This document shows positions 1-8,355 of a stretch of 64,000 bases of DNA, in pieces. A model generated the notes under the pieces. That model did no database searches. It saw only the letters and a program-made list of their open reading frames with translations, and had not been told where the DNA came from. Position numbers and translations under genes: made by a program. Origin of the DNA: a virus. Location: the IMG/VR virus record IMGVR_UViG_3300037875_000559, positions 20,199 to 84,198 of that record; one strand, written 5' to 3'. The first letter of the stretch is position 1. Each line of letters starts with the position of its first letter.

Positions 1-305
1 TTTCTATTGATGGGAACTCTAATGTAGTATCCACAGGGAATGGTTTCCTCGTAAAGAAAGAAACTATTAATGTTGCTATTGGTCCACTCACCCAACACAT
101 CATTGCAGATGCAGACTTTCAAAATGTACTCCGAGCCGAAAGTATTATCACTGTAACACTCCAAACCGTAGCAGGTGTAACTGTAGCCACTGCACCTTAT
201 GTTTCAGACATACAACCAGATACAAACTTCACTGTAGGGTTCGATCTCACAAATGGTAATGTTGGGGCAGTTGATATTTTTATTAACTACATGATTGTAG
301 GATAA
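1..305 (+). CDS. C-terminal part of a probable virion/tail-fibre-type protein (5'-truncated by window)
   Basis: Frame 3 is open from the window start to TAA at 303-305 (...SIDGNSNVVSTGNGFLVKKETINVAIG...VDIFINYMIVG*). It is beta-strand-rich (V/I/T/G). Not in the ORF track because the start lies outside the window. Confidence 0.5.
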   Translation, partial: SIDGNSNVVSTGNGFLVKKETINVAIGPLTQHIIADADFQNVLRAESIITVTLQTVAGVTVATAPYVSDIQPDTNFTVGFDLTNGNVGAVDIFINYMIVG

Positions 306-307
306 CT

Positions 308-676
308 ATGAAATACCTATATCACTATAAAGCTGAAGTCCTTTCCGTATATGATGGAGATACTGTCACCCTCATGATAGATCAAGGCATGAAGCACTTT
401 GCTCGTGTGAAAGTAAGAATGATTGGGATAGACACTCCAGAAATACGAACTAAAGACCTCGAAGAAAAGAAAAGAGGGTATGACGCTAAAGACTACCTCA
501 AGTCTCGCATCGAGGGTAAAACCATCATTGTACAAACACAGAAAAAAGGAAAGTTTGGGCGATGGCTTGGTGTGCTGTGGGAGTATTCTGAAGATTCAGA
601 GGAGCTAGGTGAATCACTCAATGACGAAATGATCCGTATGGGTCATGCCAAAGCGTATGATGGTGGTAAGAGATGA
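308..676 (+). CDS. Thermonuclease (SNase-like) family nuclease
   Basis: VYDGDT, VRMIGIDTPE and KGKFGRWLG match staphylococcal nuclease motifs. Confidence 0.9.
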   Translation: MKYLYHYKAEVLSVYDGDTVTLMIDQGMKHFARVKVRMIGIDTPEIRTKDLEEKKRGYDAKDYLKSRIEGKTIIVQTQKKGKFGRWLGVLWEYSEDSEELGESLNDEMIRMGHAKAYDGGKR

Positions 677-1317
677 ATCCTCGTTCCTCTCCTCACGCAA
701 CAAGTCGGGAAGCACTTAGAGTTTGGAAATCTCTAACTCGTAAATATGACAACGAGGACGATGTGCTTGCCATTACACATAGACCACACAATGTAGAGAA
801 AAAGTCAGCGTCTTCAGTCCTTAGAGACTTAGAAATAAGAGTCGCAAGACTTGAAAGACAATCTTCCCCAAGAGTTAGTTTTGAGCGAGAAGAAGAGACC
901 CTACGACTGAATAGGAAATACAACTTAAAGTATATTTATATAATCGCCAAGAATGAAGCAGACGAAGAGATGGGGTTTGTGGCTGCTAAACTAGAGACCA
1001 TAGATTACAGTCGAGATTGTAGTGATGATCTCAAAGCACTACAATCTAAGTATCCTCAACTACAAGAGCGAAAATCTTTAATCTTATACTGGAGTAGTGT
1101 GGCAAAGGAATATCAAGGGCAAGGTATAGGGTCGAAGCTATACTATGAGAGTATAAAAGAAGGATGGCGGGAAAATAAAAATAAACCCTTCATCTTTGTT
1201 CCGCATTACTGCAAACATAATGGGTCTACTAGCGAAGAAGCACTGAGGGTTTGGAACTCACTTGTTCGTAAATATCCCTCCTCTGGTCATTGTATTGCCA
1301 TTCTCAAAAAACCATAA
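673..1317 (+). CDS. GNAT-like acetyltransferase (paralog 1) with internal leader motif and an N-terminal remnant of another paralog
   Basis: Acetyl-CoA motif A VAKEYQGQGIGSKLY; family tail TSEEALRVWNSL; ATGA overlap with the SNase gene. Confidence 0.7.
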   Translation: MNPRSSPHATSREALRVWKSLTRKYDNEDDVLAITHRPHNVEKKSASSVLRDLEIRVARLERQSSPRVSFEREEETLRLNRKYNLKYIYIIAKNEADEEMGFVAAKLETIDYSRDCSDDLKALQSKYPQLQERKSLILYWSSVAKEYQGQGIGSKLYYESIKEGWRENKNKPFIFVPHYCKHNGSTSEEALRVWNSLVRKYPSSGHCIAILKKP

Positions 1318-1420
1318 GGGTATGTTTGGCTTCCTACTCTTACACCTTAAGCTTTAATAATTTTCTGATACCTCTTTCTTTCGTAGTCTTCTCAAACACC
1401 ATCCTATAAGGAGAATCTTA

Positions 1421-1762
1421 ATGAACCGATCCGCATCTGAAATAATTCTCAACCTTGAGAACAGGGTTACAAGACTTGAAAATCGGATTGCTAGTGAGGC
1501 CGTAGATCTGCGTTATGTTCACGATCTTGCCAAGCAAAAACTATCAAACAGAAATGTTGTTGATGTGCAAAGAGGGAAGGACCCTACAGGTCGAGAGATG
1601 GTTTCTATCACTCTTTCTAATGGTGTAGAAATAAGCTACTCAAAATACCATAATATTATTATGACAACATCTACGGGTGACGCTTTAGATATTGGAAACC
1701 CGCCTCATGGAATGATGAATGAACAGATGGATTCAGACATAGCTAAATACAGTCGTTTTTGA
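1421..1762 (+). CDS. Hypothetical protein with leader motif (putative internal head protein)
   Basis: SD AAGGAG; N-terminus MNRSASEIILNLENRVTRLENRIAS resembles other ORFs in the window. Confidence 0.6.
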   Translation: MNRSASEIILNLENRVTRLENRIASEAVDLRYVHDLAKQKLSNRNVVDVQRGKDPTGREMVSITLSNGVEISYSKYHNIIMTTSTGDALDIGNPPHGMMNEQMDSDIAKYSRF

Positions 1763-2087
1763 GTCCTATTTCTTTACGGCCTCGACACCATTTAGAGTCT
1801 TCAACTGTCCAAAGTAACCTTTTACGTCCTCTTTTGCGTTTAAGAGCTAACTCTGCTTTCATAGCTTCAGATCTGTTAGCGTATGTGCCGTAAGTACACA
1901 TGAGCTTCCAAGGTCTGTGTTTTGAAGTATATTTCCCTCCGCCCTTTATTTCTCCATTATGTTGGCGTAGTCTACGATTAACATCGGTAGTACAACCGAC
2001 ATAAAAGAAGCCTTCAAGTTGTTTTCCTGTCTTTGCTGACTTTCTTAATTGTTGGCTTTGTATGACGTATACGACCCATTCACTCAT
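1743..2087 (-). CDS. GIY-YIG nuclease, Slx1-like
   Basis: VYVIQS...FYVGCTTDVNRRLRQHNGEIKGGGKYT..RPW is the Slx1-type GIY-YIG signature. Confidence 0.85.
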   Translation of the reverse strand: MSEWVVYVIQSQQLRKSAKTGKQLEGFFYVGCTTDVNRRLRQHNGEIKGGGKYTSKHRPWKLMCTYGTYANRSEAMKAELALKRKRGRKRLLWTVEDSKWCRGRKEIGLKNDCI

Positions 2088-2092
2088 CTCTG

Positions 2093-2104
2093 TAGTTCCT
2101 TTAT
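2093..2104 (+). promoter_or_regulatory. Putative phage late-promoter motif (TAGTTCCTTTAT)
   Basis: One instance of the recurrent TA[GAC]-N5-TTAT motif found 35-65 nt upstream of start codons. Confidence 0.45.
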
Positions 2105-2138
2105 CTAATCTCTTACATATATATTATAGGAGAGTCTC

Positions 2139-2189
2139 ATGGATGTAATCCGAAAAATCGCAACATTACACATACAAGCGAAAAGCTAA
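2139..2189 (+). CDS. 16-aa micro-ORF MDVIRKIATLHIQAKS
   Basis: Strong SD (AGGAGAG) precedes ATG 2139; its TAA overlaps the next ATG (TAATG); the sequence resembles the leader motif. Confidence 0.5.
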   Translation: MDVIRKIATLHIQAKS

Positions 2190-3955
2190 TGGGAAGTCTA
2201 GCTCAAAGGGTTGCCTACACCTATTTAAAAATAGCTGAAGAGAAATCTTTAAATCTTAAAATAGATGAGAAGTTTAAAACGTGGAAAGGGAAGAGTCCTG
2301 TAACGGAGAATGAAGTAGGTTATTGGACTGTTAAAGGTTGGTTGCAAATAAAAAAGCCAAACAAAAACCAAACAGGGCTTAAAGAATATGCGGAGGAGGT
2401 GTTTGAGAAATTCCGAGAAGCAATAGAAGAGGATGAGGAGTCTGAAAGTGATTCCTCCTCACATGGATCTTTCAAAGGTGAGAAAAAAGCTCCTGGACTA
2501 GATGGAAAAAGTCAGAAAATCTTAGAGGATGCACAAGAGGCTTTGGGGAAGGAGAACTTTGGTCTTCCAAAAAATGTTTTTGAGAAGAATAAATTTGTTC
2601 TCACCTCCGCTTCAAAAGTGGAGCGTAAGGAAGTAGAGAAATTTGCCAAAGATATAAGGGATACCTTTAAGACTCCGGGATATAGTCGTGGGGCTATAAA
2701 ACAAAATCTTGATGTTTTGGGGAAGGATGAATGGCTCAAGCGTCATCTTTCAATGGTGGCAAAGCCTATCCAAGCGGCTATTGCTACAATGGGGCCTAAA
2801 GGGGATTTAAAGAAAGAAATGGGAGAGATTTTAGAAAGTAACCCTGAAGTAGCGGGAGCAGCTAAGAATTTAGCATCTAATTGGACACAAAGCACTGTTA
2901 TACCTATGGTGACAGGCACAACGAGTCTTGCAGGTTTAGCAGGGAAAGCGGTGACAGGGGCTATAGGAAAAACTGTTCTTGCTACTATACCTGTTCTTGG
3001 GTCGCCCATTACAGTGGCTACTATTGCTTCTGCTGTTGTAGGTACTATTGCGTATAAGACTCTTTTTCATGGGAGATCAAAAAAAGCCAAGGGAAAACTA
3101 TTTTCTGTCAGCTCAGATTTACCTGATTCATATGATAGCTTAACTTCCGATGTATATGCAGGATATGCCACACCTGAGAGTGTAGAGGCAGAGTACAATA
3201 AAAAGCTTGATGAAGTGCTTGAAGATCAGACTTTAGGTGCAGAGGGGCTTCGGGAGAAGGTTTTAAAACTACATAAAGAGTTCGAGGACAATGCCCGACC
3301 TGCCATAGATAAGGCTTTATATCAGTTGGGTAAAACTGAAGGTTCAGGTATGTTTTCTTTCTTGAAGCGAGGCGTAGAAGAAAAGAAAGGTGCTCCTGTA
3401 CTCATTAAGCTTCTTAAATTAAAAGATCAATTTGATGCACAAGATCAAATTGCAGATTATATAGAGAATAACTCAGAAGAAGTTGGAGAGCTAATTAAGA
3501 GAGTGCTTCAAGGAGATGAAGAAATACCTCCTGAAGTGATGGATGCACTTAAAGGTAAATGTGATACTGAGTCTTCTTCTGTAGAAGAAGCTCCTTCTAA
3601 GAAAGATAGAAAGGCTTCAAAAATGGATCGAGCTTTTGAAAAAAGCATAAAGGAATTTAAAGATCTTGAAAAGTTCTTACCCGTAAGAAAGATTATACCT
3701 CTAGTTGAAAACCAAATTAGGGATTTCATAAAGAGGTGTAACAGTTTAGATCCTATTGAAGATGTAGAAGTCTTTAAAAAAGCTGTTACAAGAGAGCATT
3801 ATCAGAAGAGAATAAACTTCTTGAAGAACTGGCTTTTAGAGCAAGGTTATTCTTATGATGTAAGAAGAAAGAAAGTCACTCCACTTTCAAGAGAAGAATC
3901 TAAAAGAAGGGTCTTAAGAGTAGCCTGTTTCAGGCTTTTCAGATCAAAATCGTGA
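2189..3955 (+). CDS. Hypothetical 588-aa protein with leader motif and central hydrophobic Gly/Ala-rich segment (putative internal/ejected virion protein)
   Basis: N-term MGSLAQRVAYTYLKIA; hydrophobic stretch LAGLAGKAVTGAIG...IASAVVGTIAY. Confidence 0.55.
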   Translation: MGSLAQRVAYTYLKIAEEKSLNLKIDEKFKTWKGKSPVTENEVGYWTVKGWLQIKKPNKNQTGLKEYAEEVFEKFREAIEEDEESESDSSSHGSFKGEKKAPGLDGKSQKILEDAQEALGKENFGLPKNVFEKNKFVLTSASKVERKEVEKFAKDIRDTFKTPGYSRGAIKQNLDVLGKDEWLKRHLSMVAKPIQAAIATMGPKGDLKKEMGEILESNPEVAGAAKNLASNWTQSTVIPMVTGTTSLAGLAGKAVTGAIGKTVLATIPVLGSPITVATIASAVVGTIAYKTLFHGRSKKAKGKLFSVSSDLPDSYDSLTSDVYAGYATPESVEAEYNKKLDEVLEDQTLGAEGLREKVLKLHKEFEDNARPAIDKALYQLGKTEGSGMFSFLKRGVEEKKGAPVLIKLLKLKDQFDAQDQIADYIENNSEEVGELIKRVLQGDEEIPPEVMDALKGKCDTESSSVEEAPSKKDRKASKMDRAFEKSIKEFKDLEKFLPVRKIIPLVENQIRDFIKRCNSLDPIEDVEVFKKAVTREHYQKRINFLKNWLLEQGYSYDVRRKKVTPLSREESKRRVLRVACFRLFRSKS

Positions 3956-4022
3956 ATTTCTATTTCGCAGATGGATCTATACTTATAAGGCTTTTTATTT
4001 TAAACTTTTGAATGAAGTTAAA

Positions 4023-4034
4023 TAGTTTTTTTAT
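4023..4034 (+). promoter_or_regulatory. Putative late-promoter motif (TAGTTTTTTTAT)
   Basis: Recurrent motif about 50 nt upstream of ATG 4084. Confidence 0.4.
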
Positions 4035-4083
4035 GTCTCTTTTCTTGTAGTGGTTTTTTTTAATATTCAAACAGGAGTGCCAG

Positions 4084-4818
4084 ATGAGCCTAACACAAAA
4101 AATTGCAACTTTAATGGGTCGCATTGAGCGTCTTGAGCGTTCTGCAAAGGTCAACTTTGATCGTGACATTAATACGCTTAAGCGTAAGAAATCTATTTCT
4201 CAACTTTTTGAACTTGCGGAGGAGGTTCTTCTAATCGCCAGAAATAAAGGGTTTATGGGAACGAAAATCCAAGAAGATGGGGACTTACCTGTGGTTGTTC
4301 TTGGGAGAGGAATGTACATTTTCTTGCGACCTACAGAATATGTTTTTGAATCAAATGGTTCTTCTCGAAGTTATCAACATTGGGGAGATCTCATCAGTCG
4401 TCTGAGCCAAGAGCAAGGTGCTTTTGGTAACGAAGAGGCTATGATGGAAGCCACTGACATCATGTCTACAACCCAAGACGTTCTTTCTATTCTCCAAGGA
4501 GCAAGAAACGGTGACGGATTTATGGGAGAGCGTTGGATGCTTTCTTCAGATAATGGGAAGAAAGCTACTTTCACCACAGGTTCAGGATCAATGAGTCTTT
4601 CTGTAGTACTAACGGCTCGTGGCATTAAGTATTCTCTTACAGGCCCTTATGTGAAGCCTAATCAGCCTATGGCTACCTTAAATGGCTTCATTCGAGAAGA
4701 AGGTCGGGCGATGCAACTCAATATGCTTGCATATAAGCTAGATGATATAGTACAAAAAGCAGGTAAGCGTGTTCGCAAAACACGAATGAATGCGATGAAA
4801 GAGCTGAAACTCGTATAG
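4084..4818 (+). CDS. Hypothetical protein with leader motif
   Basis: SD AGGAG; N-term MSLTQKIATLMGRIERLERSAK. Confidence 0.6.
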   Translation: MSLTQKIATLMGRIERLERSAKVNFDRDINTLKRKKSISQLFELAEEVLLIARNKGFMGTKIQEDGDLPVVVLGRGMYIFLRPTEYVFESNGSSRSYQHWGDLISRLSQEQGAFGNEEAMMEATDIMSTTQDVLSILQGARNGDGFMGERWMLSSDNGKKATFTTGSGSMSLSVVLTARGIKYSLTGPYVKPNQPMATLNGFIREEGRAMQLNMLAYKLDDIVQKAGKRVRKTRMNAMKELKLV

Positions 4819-4819
4819 T

Positions 4820-5923
4820 TCACCAGACTTGGAAAAGCAATCCCAAGCTCAGATTATTTCTTTCGCTAGAAAATAAATAAGAAACATTCGGAGCAAAGTT
4901 TAAGTACTTACCTCCAAGTTTAGGGTGGTAAGAAATAGAGAGTCCTGCTCCAAAGTAGGTGTTGGAAATATAACCTACTCCTCCCATTCTTAGTTTAGCG
5001 TCTAATAAGTTTAAGAAGCTCCCCCCCACTTGAACGCCCATGTCGTACTCTTGGTTTGGGAGTGTGCTTAATCCTGCGTAGTAGGCAGGCTCAAAGGTCT
5101 TATATTTCTTTGAGTGTCCATAAGGCACAGTAGGTACATAGAAGAACTTAGGGTCTAGGTTTGGGTCGCCTTCTAGCATTTTGTCTTCTACTAGAGTGAT
5201 GAACTCCCCACTTTCAGAGAAATATCCTGCTTTTATATACACGCCTTGGTTTTGAACACCGCCACTACCTAAACTATCTTGGTTTTCACCATAAGTGACG
5301 ACATCAATTTTAAAAGCTAGATTGAGGTCTAAGTTTCCAAAATCAGATAGCCACAAGTTCTCTGTTCTAAAAGCCCCTACAGGTTTCCCTCCATTTTTAT
5401 AGTTTGTTTCCCAAGAATAAGAAATACTAGGGCACTTATCAGGGTCATAGTAGTGTACACAGGTTAAGAAATCATCTGCATCTATACCGTTCCATTCTGA
5501 GGTTGGTGCTTTTATTTCTTCTGTTGTTTTTTGACCTGTGATTTGGACTTTTATTTTCCCACCTTTCAGAGTTTTTTCGATCCTAGAGAAACGCTGTGAA
5601 TAAGAGAGGATCTTGGAGTCTGTTTCATTGAGGTGTTTTTCAAGAGCTTCTGTCTTATTTCCTATTTGTGAGATAATGTCTTCCGTTCTGTTCTCCATGT
5701 CAGAGTATGAGATCATCTTTGACTTTGCAGAGTTTATGTTTTCTTGTAACTCAGAGATCTTGGTAGCATTTGCAGTCAACACACCTTCAAGTTGCAAAGA
5801 AATAGTATCTTCTAGCTTTTGTTGTTTATAATTGTTCCAAATCTGTAGTCCTGTTGAGAGAAATAGAGCCAAAGCTAATAAATATTTCGGAAGTTCTGCA
5901 TAAGCTAGTATATCTTTCCACAT
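4820..5923 (-). CDS. Membrane-anchored coiled-coil protein with C-terminal amphipathic beta-strands (candidate spanin-like lysis protein)
   Basis: Likely start ATG 5923 (SD AAAGG); TM segment YLLALALFLSTGLQIW; coiled coil; C-term ...FGAGLSISYHP...LSLGLLFQVW with terminal aromatic residue. Confidence 0.5.
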   Translation of the reverse strand: MWKDILAYAELPKYLLALALFLSTGLQIWNNYKQQKLEDTISLQLEGVLTANATKISELQENINSAKSKMISYSDMENRTEDIISQIGNKTEALEKHLNETDSKILSYSQRFSRIEKTLKGGKIKVQITGQKTTEEIKAPTSEWNGIDADDFLTCVHYYDPDKCPSISYSWETNYKNGGKPVGAFRTENLWLSDFGNLDLNLAFKIDVVTYGENQDSLGSGGVQNQGVYIKAGYFSESGEFITLVEDKMLEGDPNLDPKFFYVPTVPYGHSKKYKTFEPAYYAGLSTLPNQEYDMGVQVGGSFLNLLDAKLRMGGVGYISNTYFGAGLSISYHPKLGGKYLNFAPNVSYLFSSERNNLSLGLLFQVW

Positions 5924-6024
5924 AAGTCTGAACCTTTCGTAATAATGTAGAGACAAGATACTAGACATTATAAAAGAGAAATAAGCTAGTGTAGACCTCT
6001 ATTAATAAAACTTTTAAGGGGGGC

Positions 6025-6053
6025 TGGACTTAAACCCCTCTAAAAAGTATATA
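6025..6053 (+). promoter_or_regulatory. Sigma70-like promoter (TGGACT-17-TATATA)
   Basis: -35/-10-like hexamers with 17-nt spacing upstream of ORF 6091. Confidence 0.4.
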
Positions 6054-6090
6054 GAACACTTACCCTCCCTAACATAAAGGAAAAAAGCGT

Positions 6091-7632
6091 ATGTTGTACT
6101 CTTGTGCAGTTGTTCTAGTAGGTGGAGAGAAGACCTATGCCAGTCAATTTAAACTAAAAGCCATGAAGCATGGCATCTATTTAAACATTGTGTCTCATAT
6201 ACATTGGGATCAGAAAGTGAAAACACTACCGACTAGTGGTGTAGACGCTGTTATTGTCCTTAAAGATATATGTAACCATAACCTCAGAGATTGGGCTTCA
6301 GCCGAAGCAAAAAAACATGGGATGAAGTTCTGTGAGATCAGTCAGAAGATCTCCATTGGGATTGCAAGATTAAGAATCGTCTTGGGTATGGATTTCACAC
6401 CTATCGGGTTGGACTTAGAAGACGAAGGTCTTATGGCTACAGGAGTTAAGTCCGAGGTGTCGACTCTTCATGATATAATAGAAGCCAACCCTGAGTTTCT
6501 ACTACCTAAAAACAGAGCATCGCTTTCTTCAAAAAAGAAGTATGTGTCTTATATTTGTAAGAATTTCATATCTTACTTGAGGGCTGTTGAAGAAACGAAT
6601 CCCTTTGATCAATTTCCAAAAGAGGTGCTGACCCACACTCGCTTTAAAGAGCAATCATTACACTGCTTCCATGAACTAAGAAAAATATATGGCTCTGCTC
6701 TCCATCATAAAAAAAATGGGTTTTTAGAGGTCAACGAAATTGCCAAACAAGTCATAGTGTTGATGTGTTTGGATAAGAAGTGGAGTGCTTTCGACATAAA
6801 GAGGACCCTTAGCTTTGGTTTAGGGTATGTACTTACAAAAGAAGAAATGGATACTATAAAAATGACTCTTACTGCTGTTGACGAAGATAAGGATACCTTG
6901 TCATTGATATTGCGTCATGCTGTCTTGTTAAATCCTGTACGAGCTTTCGGGTTTCATTCAGACCAAGAATCTCGTAGAGATTGTTTCAACACTTTCACAC
7001 AAGACTACTCTGAGGGTGTAGACCAAGATGATTCTATCATGGGGAAATTTAAATTTCCTGTCTTGGATGAAGCTAAATACCAAGAGCTTGAAGATAGAAT
7101 CCACACCGTCAGTCGAGATCGAAAACAGAAATCAGACTTGAAGAGAGCCTTAATCGTTGCAAGAGAGGAGTGGTCAAGACACTACCTGTCTCTTAGAGAA
7201 CAAGGAACGCTTGCTTTCAGTAATCGAGAGTTCGCTCGTTGTCATAAAGAAACATGGGGCAGTCGTGTATCAGACTCTTTAAGAAAAGAGCTTCACCAAG
7301 TGACAGAAGAAGTCCAAGTGACAGAAGAAGTTCAAGTGACAGAAGAAGTCCAAGTGACAGAAGAAGTTCAAGTGGCTGAAGAAGTTCAAGTGGCTGAAGA
7401 AGTTCAAGTGGCTGAAGAAGTTCAAGTGGCTGAAGAAGTCCAAGAGAAAATAGAAGCTCTTGGTCAGTGTCTTTCGAGAATAATAATTGGAGATCTAGAG
7501 ATGGTACTCGAAGGCTCTCTCTATATCGAAGAAGTTTCTATGGGTACACAAATTAAGATTTTAGAGGGACAGAGAAAAATCACGATTGATTCTTTTGATG
7601 GTTCTTCTCTTAAAGGGGTGTCTATTCGGTAG
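6091..7632 (+). CDS. Hypothetical protein with N-terminal DUF2325-like domain and acidic tandem repeat
   Basis: VVLVGG...VDAVIVLKDICNHNL...AKKHGMKF resembles DUF2325; (QV[TA]EEV)x8. Confidence 0.55.
   Translation: MLYSCAVVLVGGEKTYASQFKLKAMKHGIYLNIVSHIHWDQKVKTLPTSGVDAVIVLKDICNHNLRDWASAEAKKHGMKFCEISQKISIGIARLRIVLGMDFTPIGLDLEDEGLMATGVKSEVSTLHDIIEANPEFLLPKNRASLSSKKKYVSYICKNFISYLRAVEETNPFDQFPKEVLTHTRFKEQSLHCFHELRKIYGSALHHKKNGFLEVNEIAKQVIVLMCLDKKWSAFDIKRTLSFGLGYVLTKEEMDTIKMTLTAVDEDKDTLSLILRHAVLLNPVRAFGFHSDQESRRDCFNTFTQDYSEGVDQDDSIMGKFKFPVLDEAKYQELEDRIHTVSRDRKQKSDLKRALIVAREEWSRHYLSLREQGTLAFSNREFARCHKETWGSRVSDSLRKELHQVTEEVQVTEEVQVTEEVQVTEEVQVAEEVQVAEEVQVAEEVQVAEEVQEKIEALGQCLSRIIIGDLEMVLEGSLYIEEVSMGTQIKILEGQRKITIDSFDGSSLKGVSIR
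7297..7443 (+). repeat. Coding tandem repeat, 8 x 18 nt
   Basis: CAAGTG[AG]C[AT]GAAGAAGT[CT] units: four QVTEEV then four QVAEEV. Confidence 0.95.
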
Positions 7633-7776
7633 TTTCTACCATTGGGGTTCAGCTTCTAAAAATCCCACTGAACCTCTATTTATACTTTTTTATGACTTCA
7701 CGTTTTTAATTTATATTTAAATGCTCTTCTAAGTTGGTAGTGTTTACTACTATCTAAAGAGAATGAGGAGCTGAAA

Positions 7777-8355
7777 ATGAAGATAAGCGTAGAGGGTTTA
7801 ATTGGGGTTGGGAAGTCTACATTCGTAAAGCATTTTTGCGAGATGACTTCTTACTCCCCTTTGTATGAGTCTGTTTCAGACAATCCTTTTTTGAATCTGT
7901 TTTATGAAGACCAAAGCAGATGGGCATTTACCCTCCAAATGTATTTCTTGTATGATCGTTGCAAGAACCACATGGTAGAGGGCAATACTCTCCTTGACCG
8001 CTCTATCTATGGAGATATTTGTTTTGCGAACATTCTCCGAGACCAAAAAACAATGGACATACAAGAATTTGAATCTTATATGAGTCATTTCAGTTTGGTT
8101 GAATCTTTCATTCCAAAGCTGGACGTGTGTATTCACCTTCATATTTCAGAAGAAGAAGCTATGGGTCGCATAGCCAAGAGAAATAGAAGTTTTGAGTCCA
8201 ACATACCTTTGGATTACTTACAAAGACTACAGGAACAGCTTCAGAGTTTGCCTGAGTATCTCCCAAAACAAACAAAATACATAAGAATAAATTGGGGGGA
8301 TATGTCAGAGAGCGAGATCCGAGAGGAAATAAAGGGCGTTATTTCTACCCTTTAG
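7777..8355 (+). CDS. Deoxynucleoside kinase (dNK family)
   Basis: P-loop EGLIGVGKST; RWAFTLQMYFL; DRSIYGD..F; lid RIAKRNRSFE. Confidence 0.9.
   Translation: MKISVEGLIGVGKSTFVKHFCEMTSYSPLYESVSDNPFLNLFYEDQSRWAFTLQMYFLYDRCKNHMVEGNTLLDRSIYGDICFANILRDQKTMDIQEFESYMSHFSLVESFIPKLDVCIHLHISEEEAMGRIAKRNRSFESNIPLDYLQRLQEQLQSLPEYLPKQTKYIRINWGDMSESEIREEIKGVISTL

Noticed and set aside
7297-7443. Regular repeats here and at 30740-30920 as possible CRISPR arrays
   Set aside because: Units are head-to-tail with no unique spacers, have lengths divisible by 3 and lie in frame within ORFs; no cas genes are present.
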